From the NCBI RefSeq assembly GCF_009914755.1, contig NC_060948.1: a DNA stretch of 64,000 nt; one strand, written 5' to 3'. The DNA comes from the human T2T-CHM13v2.0 reference genome, Homo sapiens. The notes beneath the pieces are model-generated. The model saw only the letters and a program-made list of their open reading frames with translations, had not been told where the DNA came from and ran no database searches. Positions 38,400 to 54,300 of this stretch are shown in pieces. The first letter of the stretch is position 1. Each line of letters starts with the position of its first letter. Position numbers and translations under genes: made by a program.

Positions 38400-41300
38400 A
38401 CTCGAACAGAGTGGAATGGAAAGTGTTGAGATAGAATGGAATGGACTCCTTTGGAATGGTGTAGTATGCAATGCAATCGACTGGCAGGGAATCAAAAGGA
38501 ATGTAATCGAATGGATTGGACTGGAATGCAATGGACTCGAATAGATTGGAAACGGAATGCAAAGGAATGGAATGGAATAGTATGGAATGGAATGGAAAGG
38601 AATGGAGTGGAATAGACTAGAGTGGAATGGAATGGACTGGAAAGCAATGGACTGGAATGGAACTTTCTTGAATGGACTGGAATCAAACGGAATGGAATGC
38701 AATGCAATCAAATGGCATGGAATAAAATAGAATGAAAGAGAATCAAATGGAATTGAATCGAATGGAATCGAATGGATTGGAAAGGAATAGAATGGAATGG
38801 AATGGAATTGACTCAAATGGAATGGACTAGAATGGAATGGATTCGAATGGAAGGCAAAGGAATGGAATCTATTGGAATGGACTGTAATGGAATGGAATGG
38901 AAGGGATTGGAATGGACTCGAATGGAATGGACTGCAATAGAAAGGATTCGAATGGAATGAAAAAGAATTGAATGGAATAGAACAGAATGGAATCAAATCG
39001 AATGAAATGGAATGGAATAGAAAGGAATGGAATGAAATGGAATGGAAAGGATTCGAATGGAATGCAATCGAATGGAATGGAATCGAACGGAATGGAATAA
39101 AATGGAAGAAAACTGGCAAGAAATGGAATCGAAATGAATGGAGTGTTATGGAACAGACTCAAAAGGAATTGAATGTAATAGAATGGAGTGGAGTGGACTC
39201 GAATATAATGGACTGGAATGGAATGAAATCACATGGAATGGGAACGAATGGAATGGAATGGAAAGGAATGGAATCGAATGGAAAGGAATCGAATGGAAGG
39301 GAATGAAATTGAATCAACAGGAATGGAAGGGAATAGAATAGACGGTAATGGAATGGACTCGAATAGAATGGACACGAATGCTCAAATTGAATGGACTCGA
39401 ATGGAATGGAAACGAAAGGAATGTCATCGAATGGAATTGAATCGATTGGAATGAAATCGCATAGAATGGAGTGGAATCAAATGGAATTGAATCGAAAGGA
39501 AAGGAAGCGAATGGACTGAAATGAAATGGAATGGAATTGAATGGAAAGTAATGCAATGGAATAGAATGGAACGAAATTTCACGGAATGGAATCAAACTGA
39601 ATGGAATCAAATCAATGGAATCTAATCAAATGGAATGGAAAGGAATTGAATGGAGTAGATTGGATTGGATGGGATTGGAATGAAATGTACTGGAAAGGAC
39701 TCGAATTTCATGAAACGGAATGGAATGAATTGGAACGGAACGGACTCGAATGGAATGGAATGTCATGGAATGGCATCAAATGGAATGGCATCAAATGGAA
39801 TGGAATCGAATGCAATGGAATGCTATGGAATGGAATGGAATGCATTGGAATGGAATGTCCTCAAATGGAATGGATTCGAGTGGAATGGAATCGAATATAA
39901 TGGAGTCGAATGAAATGGAATTGAAAGGAATGGGATCGAATAGAATGGAATATACTGAAATGTAATGTAATGAACTCGAATGTAATTGACTGGAATGGAA
40001 TGTACATGAATGGAATGTAATCGAATGGAAAGTAATCCAATGGAATAGAATCTAATGCAATAAAACCGACTCAGATAGAGTAGAATGTAGTGGAATGGAG
40101 TGCAGTGCAATGGAATGGAATGGAATTGAAAGCAATGGAATGGAATGGAATGGAATGGAAGGGAATGGAATGGGATGGAATGGTATGGAATGGATAGTAA
40201 TGGACTGGAGTGAAATGGACTGGAAAGGAATGGACTCAAATTGAAAGGGCTCGAAAGGAATGGAGTCAAATGGAATGGTCTGGAATGGAATGAAAACGAA
40301 TGTAATGCAATCCAATAGAATGGAAACGAATGGCATGGAATATAAAGAAATGGAATCGAAGAGAATGGAAACAAATGGAATGGAATTGAATGGAATGGAA
40401 TTGAATGGAATGGGAACGAATGGAGTGAAATTGTATGCAGTAGAAGGGAATAGAATGGAATGCAAGCGAAAGGAAAGGAATGGATTGGAATGGAATGGAA
40501 TTCATTGGAATGGAAGGGAATGTAGTGTAATGGACAGGCCTGGAATAAAGTGGAATGCTACGGTCTCGAATGGAATAAAAATGTATGGAATGGAATGCAA
40601 TGAAACGGAATCGAATGTCATAGAATGTAATGGAATGCAACAAAATGGAATCCAAAATCATTGACTGGAAAGGCTGGGTGTCGAAAGGAATTGACTCCAA
40701 TGGAATGGAATCGAATGGAATGGAAGTGAATAGAATCGAACTAAATCGAATGGAATGGAATTGATAGGAACGGAATGGAAAGGAATGCAATGATTTGGCA
40801 TGGAATGGAATCGAATGGCATCGAATGGAATGGAATGGAATGCAATGGAATGGAATGTATTAGAATGTAATGAACTTTAATGGAATGTACTCGAATGGAT
40901 TCGACTGGAATGGAATGTTCTGGAAGTGAATGGACTCCAATGGAATGGATTCAAAACGAATGGAATCGTACGGAATGGAATCTAATGGAATGGAATTAAA
41001 TGGAAATGAATCAAATTGAATAGCACGGAATTGAATTGAATGGAATCGAATGCAATGGAATCTAATGAAACGGAAAGGAAAGGAATGCAATGGAATGGAA
41101 TGGGCTGGAATGGAAAGGAATCGAAACGAATGGAATGGAATCGAACTGAAGAGACTGGAATGGAATGCACTGGAATGGAAGGGAGTGTAATGGAAGGTTC
41201 TCGAAAAAAATGGAATCGAATGGAATGGAATTGAATGGAACGGAATAGAGTCGAATGGAATTGAATGGAATGGAATGGACTAGAGTGAAATGGAATCGAA

Positions 41301-44300
41301 CCACAAGGAATGGACAGGAATAGAATGGTCTCGAATTGAATGGAATCGTATGGAATGGCATCAAACGGAATGGAATGGACAGCCACGGAATGAAATGCAC
41401 TCGAATGCAATGGAGTCGAAACTAATGGACTGGAATAGAATGGACTCGACTGGTACGGACTCCAATGGAAGGGAATCGAACGGAAGGGAATCGAACGGAA
41501 TGGACTCGAAGGGAAAAGACTGCAATGGAAAGGTCTCGAATGGAATGGAAATTAATGGAATGGAATGGAATCGAATGAAATGGAGTCAAAAGGAATGGAA
41601 TCGAATGGCAAGAAATCGAATGTAATGGAATCGCAAGGAATTGATGTGAACGGAATGGAATGGAATCCAAAGGAATGGAATAGAATGGAATGGAATCGAA
41701 TGGAAAGGACTCGAATGGAAATCACTCGAATAGAATGCAATTTAATAAAATAGGATCAAATGTAATGTAATGGAATGGAAAGGAATCGAAACGAAAGGAA
41801 TGGAGACAGATGGAATGGAATGGAACAGAGAGCAATGGTATAGAATGGAATGGAATCATCTGGAATGGAATTGAATGGAATGGAATAATATGAAATGGAA
41901 TGGAATGGAATGGAATGGAATGCCCTTGAATTAAATGGACTGGAATGGAATGGACTCGAACAGAGTGGAATGGAAAGTGTTGAGATAGAATGGAATGGAC
42001 TCCTTTGGAATGGTGTAGTATGCAATGCAATCGACTGGCAGGGAATCAAAAGGAATGTAATCGAATGGATTGGACTGGAATGCAATGGACTCGAATAGAT
42101 TGGAAACGGAATGCAAAGGAATGGAATGGAATAGTATGGAATGGAATGGAAAGGAATGGAGTGGAATAGACTAGAGTGGAATGGAATGGACTGGAAAGCA
42201 ATGGACTGGAATGGAACTTTCTTGAATGGACTGGAATCAAACGGAATGGAATGCAATGCAATCAAATGGCATGGAATAAAATAGAATGAAAGAGAATCAA
42301 ATGGAATTGAATCGAATGGAATCGAATGGATTGGAAAGGAATAGAATGGAATGGAATTGACTCAAATGGAATGGACTAGAATGGAATGGATTCGAATGGA
42401 AGGCAAAGGAATGGAATCTATTGGAATGGACTGTAATGGAATGGAATGGAAGGGATTGGAATGGACTCGAATGGAATGGACTGCAATAGAAAGGATTCGA
42501 ATGGAATGAAAAAGAATTGAATGGAATAGAACAGAATGGAATCAAATCGAATGAAATGGAATGGAATAGAAAGGAATGGAATGAAATGGAATGGAAAGGA
42601 TTCGAATGGAATGCAATCGAATGGAATGGAATCGAACGGAATGGAATAAAATGGAAGAAAACTGGCAAGAAATGGAATCGAAATGAATGGAGTGTTATGG
42701 AACAGACTCAAAAGGAATTGAATGTAATAGAATGGAGTGGAGTGGACTCGAATATAATGGACTGGAATGGAATGAAATCACATGGAATGGGAACGAATGG
42801 AATGGAATGGAAAGGAATGGAATCGAATGGAAAGGAATCGAATGGAAGGGAATGAAATTGAATCAACAGGAATGGAAGGGAATAGAATAGACGGTAATGG
42901 AATGGACTCGAATAGAATGGACACGAATGCTCAAATTGAATGGACTCGAATGGAATGGAAACGAAAGGAATGTCATCGAATGGAATTGAATCGATTGGAA
43001 TGAAATCGCATAGAATGGAGTGGAATCAAATGGAATTGAATCGAAAGGAAAGGAAGCGAATGGACTGAAATGAAATGGAATGGAATTGAATGGAAAGTAA
43101 TGCAATGGAATAGAATGGAACGAAATTTCACGGAATGGAATCAAACTGAATGGAATCAAATCAATGGAATCTAATCAAATGGAATGGAAAGGAATTGAAT
43201 GGAGTAGATTGGATTGGATGGGATTGGAATGAAATGTACTGGAAAGGACTCGAATTTCATGAAACGGAATGGAATGAATTGGAACGGAACGGACTCGAAT
43301 GGAATGGAATGTCATGGAATGGCATCAAATGGAATGGCATCAAATGGAATGGAATCGAATGCAATGGAATGCTATGGAATGGAATGGAATGCATTGGAAT
43401 GGAATGTCCTCAAATGGAATGGATTCGAGTGGAATGGAATCGAATATAATGGAGTCGAATGAAATGGAATTGAAAGGAATGGGATCGAATAGAATGGAAT
43501 ATACTGAAATGTAATGTAATGAACTCGAATGTAATTGACTGGAATGGAATGTACATGAATGGAATGTAATCGAATGGAAAGTAATCCAATGGAATAGAAT
43601 CTAATGCAATAAAACCGACTCAGATAGAGTAGAATGTAGTGGAATGGAGTGCAGTGCAATGGAATGGAATGGAATTGAATGCAATGGAATGGAATGGAAT
43701 GGAATGGAATGGAATGGAATGGGATGGAATGGTATGGAATGGATAGTAATGGACTGGAGTGAAATGGACTGGAAAGGAATGGACTCAAATTGAAAGGGCT
43801 CGAAAGGAATGGAGTCAAATGGAATGGTCTGGAATGGAATGAAAACGAATGTAATGCAATCCAATAGAATGGAAACGAATGGCATGGAATATAAAGAAAT
43901 GGAATTGAAGAGAATGGAAACAAATGGAATGGAATTGAATGGAATGGAATTGAATGGAATGGGAACGAATGGAGTGAAATTGTATGCAGTAGAAGGGAAT
44001 AGAATGGAATGCAAGCGAAAGGAAAGGAATGGATTGGAATGGAATGGAATTCATTGGAATGGAAGGGAATGTAGTGTAATGGACAGGCCTGGAATAAAGT
44101 GGAATGCTACGGTCTCGAATGGAATAAAAATGTATGGAATGGAATGCAATGAAACGGAATCGAATGTCATAGAATGTAATGGAATGCAACAAAATGGAAT
44201 CCAAAATCATTGACTGGAAAGGCTGGGTGTCGAAAGGAATTGACTCCAATGGAATGGAATCGAATGGAATGGAAGTGAATAGAATCGAACTAAATCGAAT

Positions 44301-45050
44301 GGAATGGAATTGATAGGAACGGAATGGAAAGGAATGCAATGATTTGGCATGGAATGGAATCGAATGGCATCGAATGGAATGGAATGGAATGCAATGGAAT
44401 GGAATGTATTAGAATGTAATGAACTTTAATGGAATGTACTCGAATGGATTCGACTGGAATGGAATGTTCTGGAAGTGAATGGACTCCAATGGAATGGATT
44501 CAAAACGAATGGAATCGTACGGAATGGAATCTAATGGAATGGAATTAAATGGAAATGAATCAAATTGAATAGCACGGAATTGAATTGAATGGAATGGAAT
44601 GCAATGGAATCTAATGAAACGGAAAGGAAAGGAATGCAATGGAATGGAATGGGCTGGAATGGAAAGGAATCGAAACGAATGGAATGGAATCGAACTGAAG
44701 AGACTGGAATGGAATGCACTGGAATGGAAGGGAGTGTAATGGAAGGTTCTCGAAAAAAATGGAATCGAATGGAATGGAATTGAATGGAACGGAATAGAGT
44801 CGAATGGAATTGAATGTAATGGAATGGACTAGAGTGAAATGGAATCGAACCACAAGGAATGGAGAGGAATAGAATGGTCTCGAATTGAATGGAATCGTAT
44901 GGAATGGCATCAAACGGAATGGAATGGACAGCCACGGAATGGAATGCACTCGAATGCAATGGAGTCGAAACTAATGGACTGGAATAGAATGGACTCGACT
45001 GGTACGGACTCCAATGGAAGGGAATCGAACGGAAGGGAATCGAACGGAAT
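38400..45050 (+). repeat. Tandem duplicated monomer pair (3549 bp period)
   Basis: Shared variants GGAACAGACTC (~39150, ~42699), AATGTAGTGGAATGG (~40084, ~43633), GGAAGGGAATCGAACGGAAGGG (~41467, ~45016). Boundaries approximate. Confidence 0.75.
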
Positions 45051-47279
45051 GGACTCGAAGGGAAAAGACTGCAATGGAAAGGTCTCGAATGGAATGGAAA
45101 TTAATGGAATGGAATGGAATCGAATGAAATGGAGTCAAAAGGAATGGAATCGAATGGCAAGAAATCGAATGTAATGGAATCGCAAGGAATTGATGTGAAC
45201 GGAACGGAATGGAATGGAATCCAAAGGAATGGAATAGAATGGAATGGAATCGAATGGAAAGGACTCGAATGGAAATCACTCGAATAGAATGCAATTTAAT
45301 AAAATAGGATCAAATGTAATGGAATGGAATGGAAAGGAATCGAAACGAAAGGAATGGAGACAGATGGAATGGAATGGAATGGAACAGAGAGCAATGGTAT
45401 AGAATGGAATGGAATCATCTGGAATGGAATTGAATGGAATGGAATAATATGAAATGGAATGGAATGGAATGGAATGGAATGCCCTTGAATTAAATGGACT
45501 GGAATGGAATGGACTCGAACAGAGTGGAATGGAAAGTGTTGAGATAGAATGGAATGGACTCGTTTGGAATGGTCTAGTATGCAATGCAATCGACTGGCAG
45601 GGAATCAAAAGGAATGTAATCGAATGGATTGGACTGGAATGCAATGGACTCGAATAGATTGCAAACGGAATGCAAAGGAATGGAATGGAATAGTATGGAA
45701 TGGAATGGAAAGGAATGGAGTGGAATAGACTAGAGTGGAATGGAATGGACTGGAAAGCAATGGACTGGAATGGAACTTTCTTGAATGGACTGGAATCAAA
45801 CGGAATGGAATGCAATGCAATCAAATGGCATGGAATAAAATAGAATGAAAGAGAATCAAATGGAATTGAATCGAATGGAATCGAATGGATTGGAAAGGAA
45901 TAGAATGGAATGGAATGGAATGGACTAGAATGGAATGGATTCGAATGGAAGGCAAAGGAATGGAATCTATTGGAATGGACTGTAATGGAATGGAATGGAA
46001 GGGATTGGAATGGACTCGAATGGAATGGACTGCAATAGAAAGGATTCGAATGGAATGAAAAAGAATTGAATGGAATAGAACAGAATGGAATCAAATCGAA
46101 TGAAATGGAATGGAATAGAAAGGAATGGAATGAAATGGAATGGAAAGGATTCGAATGGAATGCAATCGAATGGAATGGAATCGAACGGAATGGAATAAAA
46201 TGGAAGAAAACTGGCAGGAAATGGAATCGAAATGAATGGAGTGTTATGGAACGGACTCAAAAGGAATTGAATGTAATAGAATGGAGTGGAGTGGACTCGA
46301 ATATAATGGACTGGAATGGAATGAAATCACATGGAATGGGAACGAATGGAATGGAATGGAAAGGAATGGAATCGAATGGAAAGGAATCGAATGGAAGGGA
46401 ATGAAATTGAATCAACAGGAATGGAAGGGAATAGAATAGACGGTAATGGAATGGACTCGAATAGAATGGACACGAATGCTCAAATTGAATGGACTCGAAT
46501 GGAATGGAAACGAAAGGAATGTCATCGAATGGAATTGAATCGATTGGAATGAAATCGCATAGAATGGAGTGGAATCAAATGGAATTGAATCGAAAGGAAA
46601 GGAAGCGAATGGACTGAAATGAAATGGAATGGAATTGAATGGAAAGTAATGCAATGGAATAGAATGGAACGAAATTTCACGGAATGGAATCAAACTGAAT
46701 GGAATCAAATCAATGGAATCCAATCAAATGGAATGGAGTAGATTGGATTGGATGGGATTGGAATGAAATGTACTGGAAAGGACTCGAATTTCATGAAACG
46801 GAATGGAATGAATTGGAACGGAATGGACTCGAATGGAATGGAATGTCATAGAATGGCATCAAATGGAATGGCATCAAATGGAATGGAATCGAATGCAATG
46901 GAATGCTATGGAATGGAATGGAATGCATTGGAATGGAATGTCCTCTAATGGAATGGATTCGAGTGGAATGGAATCGAATATAATGGAGTCGAATGAAATG
47001 GAATTGAAAGGAATGGGATCGAATACAATGGAATATACTGGAATGTAATGTAATGAACTCGAATGTAATTGACTGGAATGGAATGTACATGAATGGAATG
47101 TAATCGAATGGAAAGTAATCCAATGGAATAGAATCTAATGCAATAAAATCGACTCAGATAGAGTAGAATGTAATGGAATGGAGTGCAGTGCAATGGAATG
47201 GAATGGAATGGAATGCAATGGAATGGAATGGAATGGAATGGAATGGAATGGAATGGAATGGGATGGAATGGTGTGGAAT

Positions 47280-50200
47280 GGATAGTAATGGACTGCTGTG
47301 AAATGGACTGGAAAGGAATGGACTCAAATTGAAAGGGCTCGAAAGGAATGGAGTCAAATGGAATGGTCTGGAATGGAATGAACACGAATGTAATGCAATC
47401 CAATAGAATGGAATCGAATGGCATGGAATATAAAGAAATGGAATCGAAGAGAATGGAAACAAATGGAATGGAATTGAATGGAATGGAATTGAATGGAATG
47501 GGAACGAATGGAGTGAAATTGTGTGCAGTAGAAGAGAATAGAATGGAATGCAAGTGAAAGGAAAGGAATGGATTGGAATGGAATGGAATTCATTGGAATG
47601 GAAGGGAATGTAGTGTAATGGACAGGCCTGGAATAAAGTGGAATGCTACGGTCTCGAATGGAATAAAAATGTATGGAATGGAATGCATTGAAACGGAATC
47701 GAACGTCATAGAATGTAATGGAATGCAAAAAAATGGAATCCAAAATCATTGACTGGAAAGCCTGGGTGTCGAAAGGAATTGACTCCAATGGAATGGAATC
47801 GAATGGAATGGAAGTGAATAGAATCGAACTAAATCGAATGGAATGGAATTGATAGGAACGGAATGGAAAGGAATGCAATGATTTGGCATGGAATGGAATC
47901 GAATGGCATCGAACGGAATGGAATGGAATGCAATTGAATGGAACGTATTAGAATGTAATGAACTTTAATGGAATGTACTCGAATGGATTCGACTGGAATG
48001 GAATGTTCTGGAAGTGAATGGACTCCAATGGAATGGATTCAAAAGGAATGGAATCGTACGGAATGGAATCTAATGGAATGGAATTAAATGGAAATGAATC
48101 AAATTGAATAGCATGGAATTGAATTGAATGGAATCGAATGCAATGGAATCTAATGAAACGGAAAGGAAAGGAATGGAATGGAATGGAATGGGCTGGAATG
48201 GAAAGGAATCGAAACGAATGGAATGGAATCGAACTGACGAGACTGGAATGGAATGCACTGGAATGGAAGGGAGTGTAATGGAAGGTTCTCGAAAAAAATG
48301 GAATCGAATGGAATGGAATTGAATGGAACGGAATAGAGTCGAATGGAATTGAATGGAATGGAATGGACTAGAGTGAAATGGAATCAAACCACAAGGAATG
48401 GACAGGAATAGAATGGTCTCGAATTGAATGGAATCGTATGGAATGGCATCAAACGGAATGGAATGGACAGCCACGGAATGGAATGCACTCGAATGCAATG
48501 GAGTCGAAACTAATGGACTGGAATAGAATGGATTCGACTGGTACGGACACCAATGGAATGGAATCGAATGGAAGGGAATCGAACGGAATGGACTCGAAGG
48601 GAAAAGACTGCAATGGAAAGGTCTCGAATGGAATGGAAATTAATGGAATGGAATGGAATCGAATGAAATGGAGTCAAAAGGAATGGAATCGAATGGCAAG
48701 AAATCGAATGTAATGGAATCGCAAGGAATTGATGTGAACGGAACGGAATGGAATGGAATCCAAAGGAATGGAATAGAATGGAATGGAATCGAATGGAAAG
48801 GACTCGAATGGAAATCACTCGAATAGAATGCAATTTAATAAAATAGGATCAAATGTAATGGAATGGAATGGAAAGGAATCGAAACGAAAGGAATGGAGAC
48901 AGATGGAATGGAATGGAACAGAGAGCAATGGTATAGAATGGAATGGAATCATCTGGAATGGAATTGAATGGAATGGAATAATATGAAATGGAATGGAATG
49001 GAATGGAATGGAATGCCCTTGAATTAAATGGACTGGAATGGAATGGACTCGAACAGAGTGGAATGGAAAGTGTTGAGATAGAATGGAATGGACTCGTTTG
49101 GAATGGTGTAGTATGCAATGCAATCGACTGGCAGGGAATCAAAAGGAATGTAATGGAATGGATTGGACTGGAATGCAATGGACTCGAATAGATTGCAAAC
49201 GGAATGCAAAGGAATGGAATGGAATAGTATGGAATGGAATGGAAAGGAATGGAGTGGAATAGACTAGAGTGGAATGGAATGAACTGGAAAGCAATAGACT
49301 GGAATGGAACTTTCTTGAATGGACTGGAATCAAACGGAATGGAATGCAATGCAATCAAATGGCATGGAATAAAATAGAATGAAAGAGAATCAAATGGAAT
49401 TGAATCGAATGGAATCGAATGGATTGGAAAGGAATAGAATGGAATGGAATGGAATTGACTCAAATGGAATGGACTAGAATGGAATGGATTCGAATGGAAG
49501 GCAAAGGAATGGAATCTATTGGAATGGACTGTAATGGAATGGAATGGAAGGGATTGGAATGGACTCGAATGGAATGGACTGCAATAGAAAGGATTCGAAT
49601 GGAATGAAAAAGAATTGAATGGAATAGAACAGAATGGAATCAAATCGAATGAAATGGAATGGAATAGAAAGGAATGGAATGAAATGGAATGGAAAGGATT
49701 CGAATGGAATGCAATCGAATGGAATGGAATCGAACGGAATGGAATAAAATGGAAGAAAACTGGCAAGAAATGGAATCGAAATGAATGGAGTGTTATGGAA
49801 CGGACTCAAAAGGAATTGAATGTAATAGAATGGAGTGGAGTGGACTCGAATATAATGGACTGGAATGGAATGAAATCACATGGAATGGGAACGAATGGAA
49901 TGGAATGGAAAGGAATGGAATCGAATGGAAAGGAATCGAATGGAAGGGAATGAAATTGAATCAACAGGAATGGAAGGGAATAGAATAGACGGTAATGGAA
50001 TGGACTCGAATTGAATGGACACGAATGCTCAAATTGAATGGACTCGAATGGAATGGAAACGAAAGGAATGTCATCGAATGGAATTGAATCGATTGGAATG
50101 AAATCGCATAGAATGGAGTGGAATCAAATGGAATTGAATCGAAAGGAAAGGAAGCGAATGGACTGAAATGAAATGGAATGGAATTGAATGGAAAGTAATG

Positions 50201-53200
50201 CAATGGAATAGAATGGAACGAAATTTCACGGAATGGAATCAAACTGAATGGAATCAAATCAATGGAATCTAATCAAATGGAATGGAAAGGAATTGAATGG
50301 AGTAGATTGGATTGGATGGGATTGGAATGAAATGTACTGGAAAGGACTCGAATTTCATGAAACGGAATGGAATGAATTGGAACGGAATGGACTCGAATGG
50401 AATGGAATGTCATGGAATGGCATCAAATGGAATGGCATCAAATGGAATGGAATCGAATGCAATGGAATGCTATGGAATGGAATGGAATGCATTGGAATGG
50501 AAAGTCCTCTAATGGAATGGATTCGAGTGGAATGGAATCGAATATAATGGAGTCGAATGAAATGGAATTGAAAAGAATGGGATCGAATACAATGGAATAT
50601 ACTGGAATGTAATGTAATGAACTCGAATGTAATTGACTGGAATGGAATGTACATGAATGGAATGTAATCGAATGGAAAGTAATCCAATGGAATAGAAACT
50701 AATGCAATAAAATCGACTCAAATAGAGTAGAATGTAATGGAATGGAGTGCAGTGCAATGGAATGGAATGGAATGGAATGCAATGGAATGGAATGGATTGG
50801 AATGGAATGGGATGGAATGGTGTGGAATGGATAGTAATGGACTGCTGTGAAATGGACTGGAAAGGAATGGACTCAAATTGAAAGGGCTCGAAAGGAATGG
50901 AGTCAAATGGAATGGTCTGGAATGGAATGAACACGAATGTAATGCAATCCAATAGAATGGAATCGAATGGCATGGAATATAAAGAAATGGAATCGAAGAG
51001 AATGGAAACAAATGGAATGGAATTGAATGGAATGGAATTGAATGGAATGGGAACGAATGGAGTGAAATTGTGTGCAGTAGAAGAGAATAGAATGGAATGC
51101 AAGTGAAAGGAAAGGAATGGATTGGAATGGAATGGAATTCATTGGAATGGAAGGGAATGTAGTGTAATGGACAGGCCTGGAATAAAGTGGAATGCTACGG
51201 TCTCGAATGGAATAAAAATGTATGGAATGGAATGCATTGAAACGGAATCGAACGTCATAGAATGTAATGGAATGCAAAAAAATGGAATCCAAAATCATTG
51301 ACTGGAAAGCCTGGGTGTCGAAAGGAATTGACTCCAATGGAATGGAATCGAATGGAATGGAAGTGAATAGAATCGAACTAAATCGAATGGAATGGAATTG
51401 ATAGGAACGGAATGGAAAGGAATGCAATGATTTGGCATGGAATGGAATCGAATGGCATCGAACGGAATGGAATGGAATGCAATTGAATGGAACGTATTAG
51501 AATGTAATGAACTTTAATGGAATGTACTCGAATGGATTCGACTGGAATGGAATGTTCTGGAAGTGAATGGACTCCAATGGAATGGATTCAAAAGGAATGG
51601 AATCGTACGGAATGGAATCTAATGGAATGGAATTAAATGGAAATGAATCAAATTGAATAGCATGGAATTGAATTGAATGGAATCGAATGCAATGGAATCT
51701 AATGAAACGGAAAGGAAAGGAATGGAATGGAATGGAATGGGCTGGAATGGAAAGGAATCGAAACGAATGGAATGGAATCGAACTGACGAGACTGGAATGG
51801 AATGCACTGGAATGGAAGGGAGTGTAATGGAAGGTTCTCGAAAAAAATGGAATCGAATGGAATGGAATTGAATGGAACGGAATAGAGTCGAATGGAATTG
51901 AATGGAATGGAATGGACTAGAGTGAAATGGAATCGAACCACAAGGAATGGAGAGGAATAGAATGGTCTCGAATTGAATGGAATCGTATGGAATGGCATCA
52001 AACGGAATGGAATGGACAGCCACGGAATGGAATGCACTCGAATGCAATGGAGTCGAAACTAATGGACTGGAATAGAATGGATTCGACTGGTACGGACACC
52101 AATGGAATGGAATCGAATGGAAGGGAATCGAACGGAATGGACTCGAAGGGAAAAGACTGCAATGGAAAGGTCTCGAATGGAATGGAAATTAATGGAATGG
52201 AATGGAATCGAATGAAATGGAGTCAAAAGGAATGGAATCGAATGGCAAGAAATCGAATGTAATGGAATCGCAAGGAATTGATGTGAACGGAACGGAATGG
52301 AATGGAATCCAAAGGAATGGAATAGAATGGAATGGAATCGAATGGAAAGGACTCGAATGGAAATCACTCGAATAGAATGCAATTTAATAAAATAGGATCA
52401 AATGTAATGGAATGGAATGGAAAGGAATCGAAACGAAAGGAATGGAGACAGATGGAATGGAATGGAACAGAGAGCAATGGTATAGAATGGAATGGAATCA
52501 TCTGGAATGGAATTGAATGGAATGGAATAATATGAAATGGAATGGAATGGAATGGAATGGAATGCCCTTGAATTAAATGGACTGGAATGGAATGGACTCG
52601 AACAGAGTGGAATGGAAAGTGTTGAGATAGAATGGAATGGACTCGTTTGGAATGGTGTAGTATGCAATGCAATCGACTGGCAGGGAATCAAAAGGAATGT
52701 AATGGAATGGATTGGACTGGAATGCAATGGACTCGAATAGATTGCAAACGGAATGCAAAGGAATGGAATGGAATAGTATGGAATGGAATGGAAAGGAATG
52801 GAGTGGAATAGACTAGAGTGGAATGGAATGAACTGGAAAGCAATAGACTGGAATGGAACTTTCTTGAATGGACTGGAATCAAACGGAATGGAATGCAATG
52901 CAATCAAATGGCATGGAATAAAATAGAATGAAAGAGAATCAAATGGAATTGAATCGAATGGAATCGAATGGATTGGAAAGGAATAGAATGGAATGGAATG
53001 GAATTGACTCAAATGGAATGGACTAGAATGGAATGGATTCGAATGGAAGGCAAAGGAATGGAATCTATTGGAATGGACTGTAATGGAATGGAATGGAAGG
53101 GATTGGAATGGACTCGAATGGAATGGACTGCAATAGAAAGGATTCGAATGGAATGAAAAAGAATTGAATGGAATAGAACAGAATGGAATCAAATCGAATG

Positions 53201-54300
53201 AAATGGAATGGAATAGAAAGGAATGGAATGAAATGGAATGGAAAGGATTCGAATGGAATGCAATCGAATGGAATGGAATCGAACGGAATGGAATAAAATG
53301 GAAGAAAACTGGCAAGAAATGGAATCGAAATGAATGGAGTGTTATGGAACGGACTCAAAAGGAATTGAATGTAATAGAATGGAGTGGAGTGGACTCGAAT
53401 ATAATGGACTGGAATGGAATGAAATCACATGGAATGGGAACGAATGGAATGGAATGGAAAGGAATGGAATCGAATGGAAAGGAATCGAATGGAAGGGAAT
53501 GAAATTGAATCAACAGGAATGGAAGGGAATAGAATAGACGGTAATGGAATGGACTCGAATTGAATGGACACGAATGCTCAAATTGAATGGACTCGAATGG
53601 AATGGAAACGAAAGGAATGTCATCGAATGGAATTGAATCGATTGGAATGAAATCGCATAGAATGGAGTGGAATCAAATGGAATTGAATCGAAAGGAAAGG
53701 AAGCGAATGGACTGAAATGAAATGGAATGGAATTGAATGGAAAGTAATGCAATGGAATAGAATGGAACGAAATTTCACGGAATGGAATCAAACTGAATGG
53801 AATCAAATCAATGGAATCTAATCAAATGGAATGGAAAGGAATTGAATGGAGTAGATTGGATTGGATGGGATTGGAATGAAATGTACTGGAAAGGACTCGA
53901 ATTTCATGAAACGGAATGGAATGAATTGGAACGGAATGGACTCGAATGGAATGGAATGTCATGGAATGGCATCAAATGGAATGGCATCAAATGGAATGGA
54001 ATCGAATGCAATGGAATGCTATGGAATGGAATGGAATGCATTGGAATGGAATGTCCTCTAATGGAATGGATTCGAGTGGAATGGAATCGAATATAATGGA
54101 GTCGAATGAAATGGAATTGAAAAGAATGGGATCGAATACAATGGAATATACTGGAATGTAATGTAATGAACTCGAATGTAATTGACTGGAATGGAATGTA
54201 CATGAATGGAATGTAATCGAATGGAAAGTAATCCAATGGAATAGAAACTAATGCAATAAAATCGACTAAAATAGAGTAGAATGTAATGGAATGGAGTGCA
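47280..54300 (+). repeat. Tandem duplicated monomer pair (3549 bp period)
   Basis: Shared variants GACTGCTGTG (~47291, ~50840), GAACGTCATAG, GAAAGCCTGGG, GGACACCAATG (~48545, ~52094), GAATGAACTGGAAAGCAATAGAC (~49277, ~52826). Boundaries approximate. Confidence 0.78.
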
